A stretch of DNA of 64,000 bases from Bdellovibrionales bacterium (GTDB taxonomy: Bacteria > Bdellovibrionota > Bdellovibrionia > Bdellovibrionales > JAUICD01), in contig OZ253553.1 of NCBI GenBank assembly GCA_965262715.1, forward strand, positions 1,376,001-1,440,000, written 5' to 3'. The notes below the pieces were generated by a model. The model saw only the letters and a list, made by a program, of their open reading frames with translations. It ran no database searches and was not told the origin of the DNA. Numbering within the stretch: position 1 is the first letter of the stretch; every line of letters starts with the position of its first letter. The translations under genes and the position numbers were made by a program. This document shows positions 18,768-29,140 of this stretch, in pieces.

Positions 18768-19721
18768 TCAGCAAACCATCTTTTGTCTATGAAACTCATT
18801 AGGAGTTAGAAAACCTAAACTCTTTCGAGGGCGATGGTTTAAAAGAGACTCAACCTTTTTTACATCCTTAGAGGTGACTTCTCTAAAATCTGTCTTCTTT
18901 GGAAAATACTGACGGATTAAACCATTCGTGTTCTCATTTAAACCTCTCTGATATGAACTGTAAGGATGTGCAAAATAAACTTTACATCCAGTATATTCAC
19001 TGATCTTCTCATGACACGAAAACTCTTTACCATTATCCAAAGTCATTGTATGAACAACCTCTCCTTTAAGAGCTTTAGAAATAGCATGAAAAACTGCCTC
19101 AGATCTCTTAGATTCTATTTTGACAATCCTCGTCTTCTTAGAACATCTATCTACCAGCGTGACTAAAGCTCCTTTATGATGTCTACCTATCATTAGATCA
19201 CCTTCCCAGTCTCCTATCCGAAGCTTCTTATCTACTATCTTAGGCCTTTTATCAATGCTCACTCTATTCTTTATCTGACCCCTTTTATCAAATCTACTTG
19301 TACCATATCGCTTCTTGCGTTGCCTCTGACATCTTAAAAATTTGTAGAGATCTCCTCCTGATTGCTTATCTTCAAGAATATGCTGATAAATACTCTCATG
19401 ACTTATAGACAAACCTTTTCGTTTAAGAAAACCGGATATCTGTTCCGGACTCAAACGATCACGAAGAAACCTCTCAAGCTTATTAATGACTTTTTGTGTT
19501 ATCTTTATATGTCTATGAGAGTTTTGAAGACGATCGACTGCTTTTTCATGGGCTTGTTGAGGACGATAACCTCGCAAACCTTTGTTGCGATTCAATTCCC
19601 TATATATGGTGCTTTTATCTCGACCTACCTGAGTAGCAATTGAACTTATTGATTTTCCACTTTGCAAAAAAGCTAAAATCTGGTATCTCTCATGTTGGGT
19701 TAGATGAGTGTAATTGCTCAT
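18768..19721 (-). CDS. IS30-family transposase
   Basis: HTH YTHLTQHER...STIYRELNRN, LSPEQISG, GDWEGDL, TLDNGKEF, QRGLNENTNGLIRQYFPK, LNHRPRKSLG. Confidence 0.96.
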   Translation of the reverse strand: MSNYTHLTQHERYQILAFLQSGKSISSIATQVGRDKSTIYRELNRNKGLRGYRPQQAHEKAVDRLQNSHRHIKITQKVINKLERFLRDRLSPEQISGFLKRKGLSISHESIYQHILEDKQSGGDLYKFLRCQRQRKKRYGTSRFDKRGQIKNRVSIDKRPKIVDKKLRIGDWEGDLMIGRHHKGALVTLVDRCSKKTRIVKIESKRSEAVFHAISKALKGEVVHTMTLDNGKEFSCHEKISEYTGCKVYFAHPYSSYQRGLNENTNGLIRQYFPKKTDFREVTSKDVKKVESLLNHRPRKSLGFLTPNEFHRQKMVC

Positions 19722-20336
19722 GGAATACTCCTTTCATTATTTAAAGAGATTGATTAGAGTATTCCTCTAACCCGCTTTAAATAACTATGCAAGGAGTTGC
19801 ACTTGCAACTTGAATCCACCATATATAATTGTTTCATATCGAGTGCTTAGTGAATTTGTAAGTAAAAAAACCATCAAATTGTTAAATTTTTAGTCTTCTC
19901 TCTGTATTTGCGTTTCTATCTGCCTGAAAATTTGTGAGTTTTTGATTTTCTTTATAATAGCGGCTTTAAAGGTGTTTTTAAGCCATGTTTTATTGTTTTT
20001 GGGATATAAAATAGGGTTGAAATGAACCTCAATAAAGTGTATAATTTCAAAACACTTTTGTAAATAAACAGAATAATCTGAAAACATGAAAAGCCATGTC
20101 AAAAAAGCTGCTTAACTTAAATGGGATTTAGCTGAAAGTCAGTTATTTGTTTAGAAAAGTTTTTTAAGATTGACTATAAAAAATGACGATAGAGAATAAG
20201 TAAGGTAAGGGTTGACAGATTAAATGTAAAATTATTTTCAACAACAAAAACAATTAAGAGGTGAAGAAAATGCTTTTGAAAGACAGATTGAAAAAGAATG
20301 ATTTTCTTGATCTTGAGAAAGTGGGTGAATTTTTAG

Positions 20337-21467
20337 ATGAAAAAAGACGGGACAAAGAAGACTTCTCTGGATACGAAAGACGAGATCAAGGATGGAAGCG
20401 TAGAGAGCCAACCTCTCCAGAATGGAGAGAAGAAAAAGCAAAATGGGAGCAAAACTCAAAGCTCTCAAAATGAAAAAGATAAAGCAATATATGATCCTGA
20501 CAAAGAAACTTCTCAAGAAGTTTTAGTCAATACTTCTTTTGACAAATTCCATGAAATAATTCTAAAATATATTGTTTTTAACAAAGCAAAAGATTTTAAT
20601 ACCTTTAAAAGAAAGATGGAAGAATTGTTGACAGCTTATGCTAATAAGCTTTGCAGTGAAGACTTTAAAGATTATCATATATTGTTTTTATGGTCAATTG
20701 ACCCTATATCTGATTTTCACCTATATTCTATTTATAGATATCTTAAAGCTAGTTCAATAAATAATAAAAATATTCTTTTGATTATTAAAAGCGATGGAGG
20801 AAATATAGAACCTGCGTTTAAAATTAGTAAGCTTTGTAATAAATATAAAAAAGATAAATTTGTTGTAGCTATACCTCACAGGGCAAAATCAGCAGCAACC
20901 TTAGTTGCTATAGGAGCAGATGAAATTCACTTTGGAAGCTTAGGAGAACTAGGCCCCATTGATCCCCAAATATTGATTGATCGATATAATTCCGTTCCAG
21001 CTCTTGGATTCCGCGATGCTTTTACAGCTTTGGCAGAGATTGTAACAAAATATCCCAAATCTGTTGATTTATTTTCAAATTTTTTAAACAGTAAAATATC
21101 ATTAGAACATTTTGGGCTGTTTACAAGACTTCCACAGTCAGCTATTCAATACGCACAAATATTGCTCTCAATTAATCACTCAAATAATATTGATGCGAAG
21201 CAAATTGAAGATATAGCAACACGTTTTGTTAAAACTTACAAAGATCATAATTTTGTGATTGATGCTAAAGAAGCTCAAAACGTCTTTGGAAAAGAGATTG
21301 CAAAGAGTTTAATTAAAGATGAGTCTTCCTTTATAAATAAGCTCGATGACTTTTATTACCATTTATTAGGATTTGAAAAGTTTTGTAATAACCTATGGAC
21401 AAGGTCTGATCGAAAATCTAGGTTTCACTTTGAATTTATTGGTAAGCCTCAATGTGAAATTATATAG
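20337..21467 (+). CDS. SDH-family ClpP-fold serine protease
   Basis: LIIKSDGG, IPHRAKSAATLVAIGADEI, LGPIDPQ, distal His in YKDHNFVI; disordered N-terminal about 55 aa. Confidence 0.85.
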   Translation: MKKDGTKKTSLDTKDEIKDGSVESQPLQNGEKKKQNGSKTQSSQNEKDKAIYDPDKETSQEVLVNTSFDKFHEIILKYIVFNKAKDFNTFKRKMEELLTAYANKLCSEDFKDYHILFLWSIDPISDFHLYSIYRYLKASSINNKNILLIIKSDGGNIEPAFKISKLCNKYKKDKFVVAIPHRAKSAATLVAIGADEIHFGSLGELGPIDPQILIDRYNSVPALGFRDAFTALAEIVTKYPKSVDLFSNFLNSKISLEHFGLFTRLPQSAIQYAQILLSINHSNNIDAKQIEDIATRFVKTYKDHNFVIDAKEAQNVFGKEIAKSLIKDESSFINKLDDFYYHLLGFEKFCNNLWTRSDRKSRFHFEFIGKPQCEII

Positions 21468-21700
21468 GTGTTTCTCTTAAAAGTCCTTTTAAAATTCTAT
21501 CACTTTTATTATAGATTTTAATGAGCCATACTTTTTTAGAGTCATAAAATAAACTAGTAGCTTATGTTATCCTTTAATCAAACTCTTTAATTTTTTATCT
21601 AAAAGCTTTTCTATATCAATATGAACCAATCATCTTTAGATTGTATTTTAGACCTATTTTACCGATATAGAATAAATATGAATCTTAAAGGATTGTTACA

Positions 21701-24010
21701 ATGAATGAAGAAGAGACTAGAGCAGAATTCATCGATCCTCAGCTTAAAGAAAATGGTTGGGGAGTAGTTGAAAGTTCACGGATTCGTCGTAATTACCCTA
21801 TAGCTAGGGGTAAACTTGAGGTTGGAGGAAAACGCTCAAAACCTCTTGAGGCAGATTATGTCTTAGTTTTTCACGGTCGTAATTTGGCCGTTATTGAAGC
21901 CAAAAAAATCAGTTTAAAAGTGGGTGAAGGAGTAGGACAAGCTAAAAATTATGCTCAACTGCTTGAAGTTGAAACAACCTTTTCTACAAATGGGAAAAAA
22001 ATTTATCAGATGTGTATGAAGTCTGGTAAAGAAAAGCTTATTGATAGATTTCCTACGCCTGAAGAACTTTGGACAAAAACTTATACAGACAAAAATACAT
22101 GGCAAGATAAATTCAATGTCATTTCTTATGCAGGTCATTATGAACATAGATTTTATCAAGAAGTTGCCATCAATAAGGTTTTGGATGCTGTTGCTAAAAA
22201 GAAATCACGTATACTGCTTACAATGGCTACAGGTACAGGTAAAACACAAGTCGCACTCCAAGTTGCATGGAAATTGTTTCAAGCACGCTGGAACTTGCAG
22301 CGTAATGGTCAAAGAAGACCTCGGATTTTATTTCTTGCAGATAGAAATATACTAGCAAACCAAGCCTTTAATGTTTTTTCTGTTTTTCCTGAAGATGCTC
22401 TTGTTCGAATTAAGCCTGATGAAATTAGAAGAAAAGGTGGTGTTCCTACAAATGGCAGTGTTTTTTTTACCATTTTTCAAACTTTTATGAGTGGTCCAGA
22501 AGGCAAGTCTTATTTTGGACACTACCCTCCTGATTATTTTGACTTCATAATAGTGGATGAATGTCATAGAGGTGGAGCCAATGACGAAAGTGCTTGGCGA
22601 GGAATTCTTGAATATTTTTCTCCTGCTGTCCAACTTGGATTAACAGCCACTCCTAAATACGAAGAAAATGCAAATACTTATAGTTATTTTGGACAACCTG
22701 TTTACACCTATTCTCTTAAAGACGGTATAAATCATGGCTTTCTTACTCCCTTTAAAGTGAAACGAATACAAACCACTATAGATGATTATATTTACACTCC
22801 AGATGACCATATCCTTGAAGGAGAAGTCGAGCATGGTAGGCGTTATGAAGAAGATGATTTCAATAGGATCATTGAGATTAAAGAAAGGGAGTCTAAACGA
22901 GTTGAAATTATACTTAAATATTTAAACCCATCTGAAAAGACCATTGTATTTTGCGCAAATCAAGCTCATGCAGCAGCAATTAGAGATCTTATTAATCAAC
23001 AAAAAACAAGCTCTGACCCAAATTATTGTGTCCGTGTAACAGCTAATGACGGTAAAGTTGGAGAACAACATCTTGAGCATTTTCGAGATAATGAGAAGAT
23101 GCTTCCAGTAATACTCACCACATCACATAAACTTTCAACAGGAGTTGATGCTCGCAATGTGAGAAACATTGTGTTGTTACGCCCTATAAAATCTATGATC
23201 GAGTTTAAGCAAATTATTGGACGCGGAACACGGCTTTTTGAAGGTAAAGATTTTTTTACCATTTTCGATTTTGTAGATGCTTGTAACCATTTTTCAGATC
23301 CTCAGTGGGATGGACAGCCTATGGAAGATATAGAAGAAAAAGATGATTCCAAATCGTCCAAACCAAAATCACCTAAAGAACTCGATAATTTAAGTAATCT
23401 CGAATCATTAAAACCTCGACAAAAACTAAAAATTAAGTTAAGTGATGGTAAAAATCGAGAGATTCAATATATGGTACAAACTTCTTTTTGGAGTACAGAT
23501 GGAAAACCCATTTCAGCAGAAGAATTTTTAAAGAAGCTATATGGCACACTTCCAGATTTTTTTCAATCGGAAAACCAGTTACATGAAATTTGGTCACATC
23601 CTACAACTCGCAAAGGATTACTTGATAGATTAGATCAAGCTGGATTTGGAAAAGATGACCTTAAAAATCTTAGAAAACTCATTGATGCGGAAAAAAGTGA
23701 CCTATTTGATATTTTGAAATACATCTCCTTTGCTACTCAACCTATTACAAGAGAGAAAAGAGTGATATATGCTAAGCCTAAGATCTTTACCCTTTTGAAT
23801 AAAAAACAAAAAGAGTTCTTAGATTTTGTATTATCTCAATATGTTCAATCAGGAGTAGAAGAATTATCAGAGGAAAAGCTACCTCATTTACTGGAACTCA
23901 AATATAAGACATTACATGATGCTAGAGAAGAGCTTGGCGATGTTCAGGAAATAAAAGCTGTCTTTATAGATTTCCAAAAACATTTATATCATCAACAAAT
24001 AGCCACTTAG
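21701..24010 (+). CDS. hsdR: Type I R-M restriction subunit R (EcoEI-like C-terminal domain)
   Basis: ADYVL...VIEAKK nuclease motif, MATGTGKT, VDECHRG, LTATP, LSTGVDA, QIIGRGTR. Confidence 0.96.
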   Translation: MNEEETRAEFIDPQLKENGWGVVESSRIRRNYPIARGKLEVGGKRSKPLEADYVLVFHGRNLAVIEAKKISLKVGEGVGQAKNYAQLLEVETTFSTNGKKIYQMCMKSGKEKLIDRFPTPEELWTKTYTDKNTWQDKFNVISYAGHYEHRFYQEVAINKVLDAVAKKKSRILLTMATGTGKTQVALQVAWKLFQARWNLQRNGQRRPRILFLADRNILANQAFNVFSVFPEDALVRIKPDEIRRKGGVPTNGSVFFTIFQTFMSGPEGKSYFGHYPPDYFDFIIVDECHRGGANDESAWRGILEYFSPAVQLGLTATPKYEENANTYSYFGQPVYTYSLKDGINHGFLTPFKVKRIQTTIDDYIYTPDDHILEGEVEHGRRYEEDDFNRIIEIKERESKRVEIILKYLNPSEKTIVFCANQAHAAAIRDLINQQKTSSDPNYCVRVTANDGKVGEQHLEHFRDNEKMLPVILTTSHKLSTGVDARNVRNIVLLRPIKSMIEFKQIIGRGTRLFEGKDFFTIFDFVDACNHFSDPQWDGQPMEDIEEKDDSKSSKPKSPKELDNLSNLESLKPRQKLKIKLSDGKNREIQYMVQTSFWSTDGKPISAEEFLKKLYGTLPDFFQSENQLHEIWSHPTTRKGLLDRLDQAGFGKDDLKNLRKLIDAEKSDLFDILKYISFATQPITREKRVIYAKPKIFTLLNKKQKEFLDFVLSQYVQSGVEELSEEKLPHLLELKYKTLHDAREELGDVQEIKAVFIDFQKHLYHQQIAT

Positions 24011-24055
24011 CTTTTTATGATGCTCTTTCCGGTAACAATTTTTATCATCTAAAAC

Positions 24056-24080
24056 AGTTGTTAAGGATTCCTTAACAACT
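24056..24080. terminator. Palindrome between convergent hsdR and ruvC, possible terminator
   Basis: AGTTGTTAAGGA-T-TCCTTAACAACT. Confidence 0.5.
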
Positions 24081-24238
24081 AATTTCATCTTCAAAGAAGA
24101 CTCATCAAATTCTCGCATATATGAGGTTTTTTATTGCATATTGGCTGGAATGGTGAACATCGATAACACTTTGTATTATCATTGCCTATCTACCATATCC
24201 CGGAAAAAAGAATGCTTAAGTAGTTATGAACCTTATGT

Positions 24239-24784
24239 TTAATGAGTCTCTAGTTGAAAAGTATTGGATCTTCCATAATAAAAGGCCATAGCAAGCGCAT
24301 CTGTTGCATCTAATTCTGAAATGTCAAGTGGCACATCAATTGGTTTTTCATTTATGTAATGATTTTTATCTTTAAGAAGATGCAATATAAGATGATGGAT
24401 GTGTGTCTTAGATGCTCTTCCATTTCCTGAAATACCTTTTTTAATAACACAGGGGGCAAATTCCTTAATCTTAATATTATGTCTTGCTAGTAAATAAAGG
24501 AGCATTCCTTTTGCCTCACCTAAAGCAATGGCTGTTCTTTGGTTACTTCCAACAAAAGATTTCTCTAAGACAGCAACATCAGGCTTGAATTTCAACAAAA
24601 GTTTTTCAAATTTCTGCCCTATTGTGTGAAGACGCTCAGATACATTATCTTTAGGACGAGCTTTAAATGCTCCATGATCTAAGTAAAGGATATCACCTAA
24701 CTGAACATCAATAACACCATAACCTGAAATATGGGTCCCAGGATCAATACCAATAATTCTGATAACCCCTCCTTGATCAGACAA
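24239..24784 (-). CDS. ruvC: Holliday junction resolvase
   Basis: IIGIDPG, VLEKSF, IKKGISGNGRASK, DATDALAMA. Confidence 0.95.
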   Translation of the reverse strand: MSDQGGVIRIIGIDPGTHISGYGVIDVQLGDILYLDHGAFKARPKDNVSERLHTIGQKFEKLLLKFKPDVAVLEKSFVGSNQRTAIALGEAKGMLLYLLARHNIKIKEFAPCVIKKGISGNGRASKTHIHHLILHLLKDKNHYINEKPIDVPLDISELDATDALAMAFYYGRSNTFQLETH

Positions 24785-24895
24785 TTAACTGATACTTTTT
24801 TTCTTTTATTAGGATAAGTACTTGTATACCTTTTATCAAATCATAAATGCATCATTTTACACAAAACCCTAAATTATAAGACAAATGTTATAGTG

Positions 24896-25897
24896 TTATG
24901 ATGAAATAGGTTTTTGAAAAGGAATCTCTTTGATCCATTTTTGAGAAATAGCGGCAAACCCTAACATCTTATAGAGAATTCTCATTGCAACATTCCCATT
25001 CCATTGTTTATTATTCACATCATCTCCTATTTCCACGAGGTCTATTCCAACAATTCTCCTGGAAGATGCTACATGTTTGAGTAAAGTGACTAATTGATCA
25101 AAGTCTAAGCCTCCAGGAACAGGAGTTCCTGTATCTGGACAAAGTAAAGGAGATAGTCCATCAATGTCTAATGAGATGTGCACATTTTGAGGAAGACAAG
25201 ATACGATCTCTTGACAAAGATCATTCCATGTTTTTCCTTCATGTAGACAGCTCTTTAAATACCTATCATAAAAAGTAAAGATTTTACCTCTAAGACTTTG
25301 AGCAAAAGATTGCTCCTCTTGGCAAAAGTCACGAATGCCTACTTGTACAAGACTTTTAGGAGCAAACTTGCTTGTTAATAAGCTATAAAAAACAGAAGCA
25401 TGAGAATATGTATATCCTTCAAAGGCCTGCCTTAAATCCTTATGAGCATCAATCTGCAAAACACCATACTCTCCTTTTATCTTTTGAGCTACAGCTTGAA
25501 AACCACTTAGCGCAATAGAATGCTCCCCTCCTAAAAGTACAACTATATTATCTTTAGAAGATACCTGGTTATATTTATTAAAAATCCATGAATTGACTTT
25601 TTCAGATAGATCATTAATTTTCTGTCTGCGCTTTTTAATATCCATATCCTTTGCTTGAAGTGCCTCTCGATTCCATTTAATTAAATCTGAATTATTTGAC
25701 TCAAGATAAATGCCTAAATGTTCGAGTGAACCAAACTCCACATCCCATAAATCAATTTGACTGCTAGCTTCAAATAAAGACTGAGGGCCACAGGATGTAC
25801 CTGTATTGTATGAAACTGTACCTTCCCAGGGTATAGGCACAATAATAAATCGAGGGTTTTGTTTTTCTTTCAAACCAAAAAGAGGTAAATAAGACAC
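24896..25897 (-). CDS. speB: Agmatinase/arginase-family ureohydrolase
   Basis: LGGEHS, QIDAHKDLR, YSHAS, SLDIDGL, TGTPVPGG, DLVE. Confidence 0.88.
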   Translation of the reverse strand: MSYLPLFGLKEKQNPRFIIVPIPWEGTVSYNTGTSCGPQSLFEASSQIDLWDVEFGSLEHLGIYLESNNSDLIKWNREALQAKDMDIKKRRQKINDLSEKVNSWIFNKYNQVSSKDNIVVLLGGEHSIALSGFQAVAQKIKGEYGVLQIDAHKDLRQAFEGYTYSHASVFYSLLTSKFAPKSLVQVGIRDFCQEEQSFAQSLRGKIFTFYDRYLKSCLHEGKTWNDLCQEIVSCLPQNVHISLDIDGLSPLLCPDTGTPVPGGLDFDQLVTLLKHVASSRRIVGIDLVEIGDDVNNKQWNGNVAMRILYKMLGFAAISQKWIKEIPFQKPISS

Positions 25898-25910
25898 AAT
25901 TTAAGTTAAA

Positions 25911-26513
25911 CTATAGAAAGTAATAATAGGCAATAATGATAACCAATATAACTCCTAAAATCAATGTAACCCTCTCAAAATGCCTTTCAATATAAACTCT
26001 AATTTTTTCTCCAAAAATAAAAAAGAGTAAGCCTAATGTATAATATCGCATACTACGTCCTATGATAGCTCCTAAAAGAAAAGGAATAAGAGGTGCCTGT
26101 AATACCCCTCCCATTACAGTAAAAACCTTAAATGGAATAGGAGTGAAAGCTGCTAGTAAAATAGCTGTAAATGTATTTTTTTGAAATAAAGCTTGTACAG
26201 TTTCAAACTGCTGCTCAGTTGCAATATATGCAAAGAAATAATCTTGAAAAGCAGACCAAAACATAAAACCTAATAAATAACCAAAAAGACCTCCTAAAAC
26301 AGAAAAGAATGTACATAGATGAGCATAAAACAAAGCTTTTTTAGGTTGATTAGCTCCCATAGCTATTAAGAAAATATCAGGTGGAATTAAAAAAAAACTA
26401 GATTCAGTGAAAGCCACTGTACAAAGAATAGGAGTAGCAAATTTTGTATCTGTAAAACTTAACAGCCAATTAGAAAATTGCCGCATTTTTTTGAAAAAAT
26501 CATTAAGTCTCAT
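25911..26513 (-). CDS. YqaA/DedA-family membrane protein
   Basis: AFTESSFFLIPPD, SVLGGLFGY, FTPIPFKVFT, GRSMRY. Confidence 0.9.
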   Translation of the reverse strand: MRLNDFFKKMRQFSNWLLSFTDTKFATPILCTVAFTESSFFLIPPDIFLIAMGANQPKKALFYAHLCTFFSVLGGLFGYLLGFMFWSAFQDYFFAYIATEQQFETVQALFQKNTFTAILLAAFTPIPFKVFTVMGGVLQAPLIPFLLGAIIGRSMRYYTLGLLFFIFGEKIRVYIERHFERVTLILGVILVIIIAYYYFL

Positions 26514-26597
26514 AAGTATTTACACTATATGGAAAGCTGTCATCGGTTAAGCTTTTTCTAAAACTATTGTCAATTTTCTAATGTTCAAACCCATTGA

Positions 26598-27356
26598 TCA
26601 AGAAAAATCCTCAGGCAAATAAGTAAAATAAATATAATCTAAAAGACCATATTGCTCTAAAAATACAACATTTTTAGTTTTATCAAATTTTTTTGTCTTA
26701 ATTTTTTTAAGCCATGCTGATTTCTGATAAGCCAAACAACTTAAGTGAGAAAAACTTGAAGTCTTTTGAGTTTGTCTTCTACAAAGTGCTTGAAATTCCT
26801 TTATTTTTTTTAATTCAAGCTCGCACCCAACATGAATAAATGAAAGAATAGAAAGAGATAGGTCAGATTCTAAAAACTTGATAAGGCTTTGACCCTCTAA
26901 ATGGAAAACATCCTCTGGATTTCCAATAATTAAGGTTTTTTGAAATGACGCTTGTTGCTTTCTTAAAAAATCTAAAACCACTTGGTAATTTTTATCACTT
27001 AAGTATTCTATCTTTAAATCGGAAAAGGATGTATCCCTTATTTTTTTTTCCCACTCTGATTTCAGATGATTTAAAATAAGAACTGTATGAAAGGAATGTC
27101 CATATTTTTTACTTGTATGAAGCAATCCTAAAATAACATCTAAATTGATAGAGTCATTAACGCCAAAAGCCACAAAATTAAAAAGATGAATATCTTTATA
27201 TAGTTGTCTATAAATTGTTTGACCAACCACATTCGGCTCAGAAAAGTTAGAAGGTTTAATAATAGGCTTCGGCTTTGGATTAAGACCAAATTTAACAATC
27301 AAAGCCACTAAACAAATAACAACAATAGCCAAAAAAGAAAAATACCATTTTATCAT
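26598..27356 (-). CDS. Hypothetical membrane-anchored protein
   Basis: Single N-terminal hydrophobic helix then a soluble domain; no family recognised. Confidence 0.7.
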   Translation of the reverse strand: MIKWYFSFLAIVVICLVALIVKFGLNPKPKPIIKPSNFSEPNVVGQTIYRQLYKDIHLFNFVAFGVNDSINLDVILGLLHTSKKYGHSFHTVLILNHLKSEWEKKIRDTSFSDLKIEYLSDKNYQVVLDFLRKQQASFQKTLIIGNPEDVFHLEGQSLIKFLESDLSLSILSFIHVGCELELKKIKEFQALCRRQTQKTSSFSHLSCLAYQKSAWLKKIKTKKFDKTKNVVFLEQYGLLDYIYFTYLPEDFS

Positions 27357-27391
27357 CAGAAATTTATGCCTTTCTTTATAGATATCAACTA

Positions 27392-27690
27392 GAACTCATC
27401 TCAAAATTAATTCTAATGTCCACGTTTTCAAAACAACCTGTTTCACTAAAAATGAATCAGCCTCTCGAGGCGGGCCTCTTGAGGCGAGCCTCCTGAGGTG
27501 AGCCTCTGGCTGTTTTTGGACAATCAGCTTGAAGGTTTGCACCTTCAAAAAATGCTGATTGCCTCAAAAAACCATTCATTTTTAGTAGACAAGATACCTC
27601 TCATTTCTTAACACAATGTTAAGGAGATCATTTTATTAATTTAAATACCACATAAAAGAACTATTTCCACTCAAATTGAGCTGGACCTTC
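27392..27690 (-). mobile_element. Family B repeat, one-ended copy
   Basis: TA|GAACTCATCTCAAAATTAATTCTAATG...; stem 27445-27457/27574-27586; three tandem 14-bp GCCTCYYGAGGYGR units. Confidence 0.85.
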
Positions 27691-27696
27691 ATTATC

Positions 27697-28524
27697 TTAA
27701 AACATAAGACCATTAAAATCATCATAACCACACCTAAGCATTTGCGTAATTTCTTCTTTCCATTGTTGAGATACAGATGATGCTCCATTCAAATATGTTA
27801 AGGCTGTACGACCAAAATTGTCCTCCTCAGTATAAGGATCATCATCATCAATAAGAATAAATCTTTCTCTACCTTGAAATATATGCAATCTTCTCTTCTC
27901 TCCTGGATCATCATCATTAAAAAGAATAAATCTTTCTCTACCTCCAGACAACTCACAATAAAACTCCCACAATAAGGAACCCACTAGTCTCCGATAACCA
28001 TGTCCAGCGGCATGCATTAAAGCTGTTCGACCCAAATCATCCACAGCATTATCAGCTCCCTTCCATATCAAAAAATCTATTATCCAAGTACCATTATTAG
28101 AATATCCATCGCTTTTTCCTGCAGCATACATAAGAGGAGTTTGGCCTAGATAGTTTCTAGCATTGACATCCGCTCCTGCATTCACTAACTCTGATACAGC
28201 AAATCTATTACCAACGTCAATGGCATACATTAAAGCTGTTTGACCAAGACTGTCTGTGGCATTTACATCAAGATATTTATTTCTTAATAAATAGTTAAGC
28301 TCATGACTAGGATAAAAGATATCGTTCACAATGTGCATCAATAAAGTTACATCACTTGCATCATTTCTAAAAGTTATTGGACGCAAATCATGACCATTTC
28401 CACTATATAACTCATCCGGTAACTCATAATCATCTTGACGATTAGAACTATAAGCAAAATCTGCAATCCAAACAACCCCCATAAAAAATAATATTATCAA
28501 TAAATTGAATTTAAAATTCATCAT
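27697..28524 (-). CDS. Exported ankyrin-repeat protein
   Basis: Signal-like N-terminus ending FAYS; DSLGQTALMYA, NYLGQTPLMYAA, DDLGRTALMHAA, DNFGRTALTY; AGGAGG upstream. Confidence 0.88.
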   Translation of the reverse strand: MMNFKFNLLIILFFMGVVWIADFAYSSNRQDDYELPDELYSGNGHDLRPITFRNDASDVTLLMHIVNDIFYPSHELNYLLRNKYLDVNATDSLGQTALMYAIDVGNRFAVSELVNAGADVNARNYLGQTPLMYAAGKSDGYSNNGTWIIDFLIWKGADNAVDDLGRTALMHAAGHGYRRLVGSLLWEFYCELSGGRERFILFNDDDPGEKRRLHIFQGRERFILIDDDDPYTEEDNFGRTALTYLNGASSVSQQWKEEITQMLRCGYDDFNGLMF

Positions 28525-28960
28525 AGAATCCTCCTAAGTTTAAATTGAATCTTTACTTCACTCATATCTAGCCTTAGGTTATTCTTGGCTTTTACTGGTT
28601 GGTCAATAAAAATTTATTATTTTGTAAACTTCGCAAGACTTATGTAGGAACTTAACCTTCTGCACAATTAATACATTGCAACAAATTTTATTATCTTTGA
28701 CAAAATACCAAATGACTTATAACTTAGGTGTTTTATACTAAGTAAAAGTTGAAATCAAAATTGTTTAAAATCTGGCATTCTCCTAACTTGGTTTGTATTT
28801 AGAAGCGGTCTTAAAAATCCTGTTTGCCTTATAAACAAAGCAGTATCCAGATAAAGTTTAAGCATTTTGACATAATTTATATAAATAAGCTCCTAATTTA
28901 TCAGTCTGTCTTACTAATTCGAGATGACCGATCATATCTAATATAGTCTGCACTTCTGCC

Positions 28961-28997
28961 TCACTCAAAATAAACCAGCTTCTCGAGGTGAGCATCT
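28961..28997 (-). repeat. Family B fragment
   Basis: TCACTCAAAATAAACCAGCTTCTCGAGGTGAGCATC matches the stem arm plus the 14-bp unit. Confidence 0.55.
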
Positions 28998-29140
28998 TCC
29001 AAATACACCTATTGACAATTCTAAAAATAAGATTTTTTATTTTTGAGGAGTAAAGATTAAGTCAATAAAAACAATTGACTATTCTATTTAAGTAAACCAA
29101 GATAGTAATCTAAATTAAAAGAATCTAAAGAGGTAAAAGA

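Larger units (their letters stand above)
18483..19820 (-). mobile_element. IS30-family insertion sequence
   Basis: Imperfect 30-bp terminal inverted repeats 18483-18512 and 19791-19820 (shared core CAAGTGCAACTC) around the transposase. Confidence 0.85.

Noticed and set aside
19890..20102. 70-aa minus-strand ORF between IS30 and the protease
   Set aside because: Short, AT-rich, no RBS or motif; could be a remnant but unsupported
20337..20346. Programmed -1 frameshift at AAAAAAG joining the 70-aa ORF to the protease
   Set aside because: The protease is in the +1 frame relative to the small ORF, so a -1 shift would not join them
27460..27508. Tandem palindromic units as a possible CRISPR array (also 47320-47362)
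   Set aside because: Units are 14 bp, directly adjacent with no spacers, and no cas genes are present
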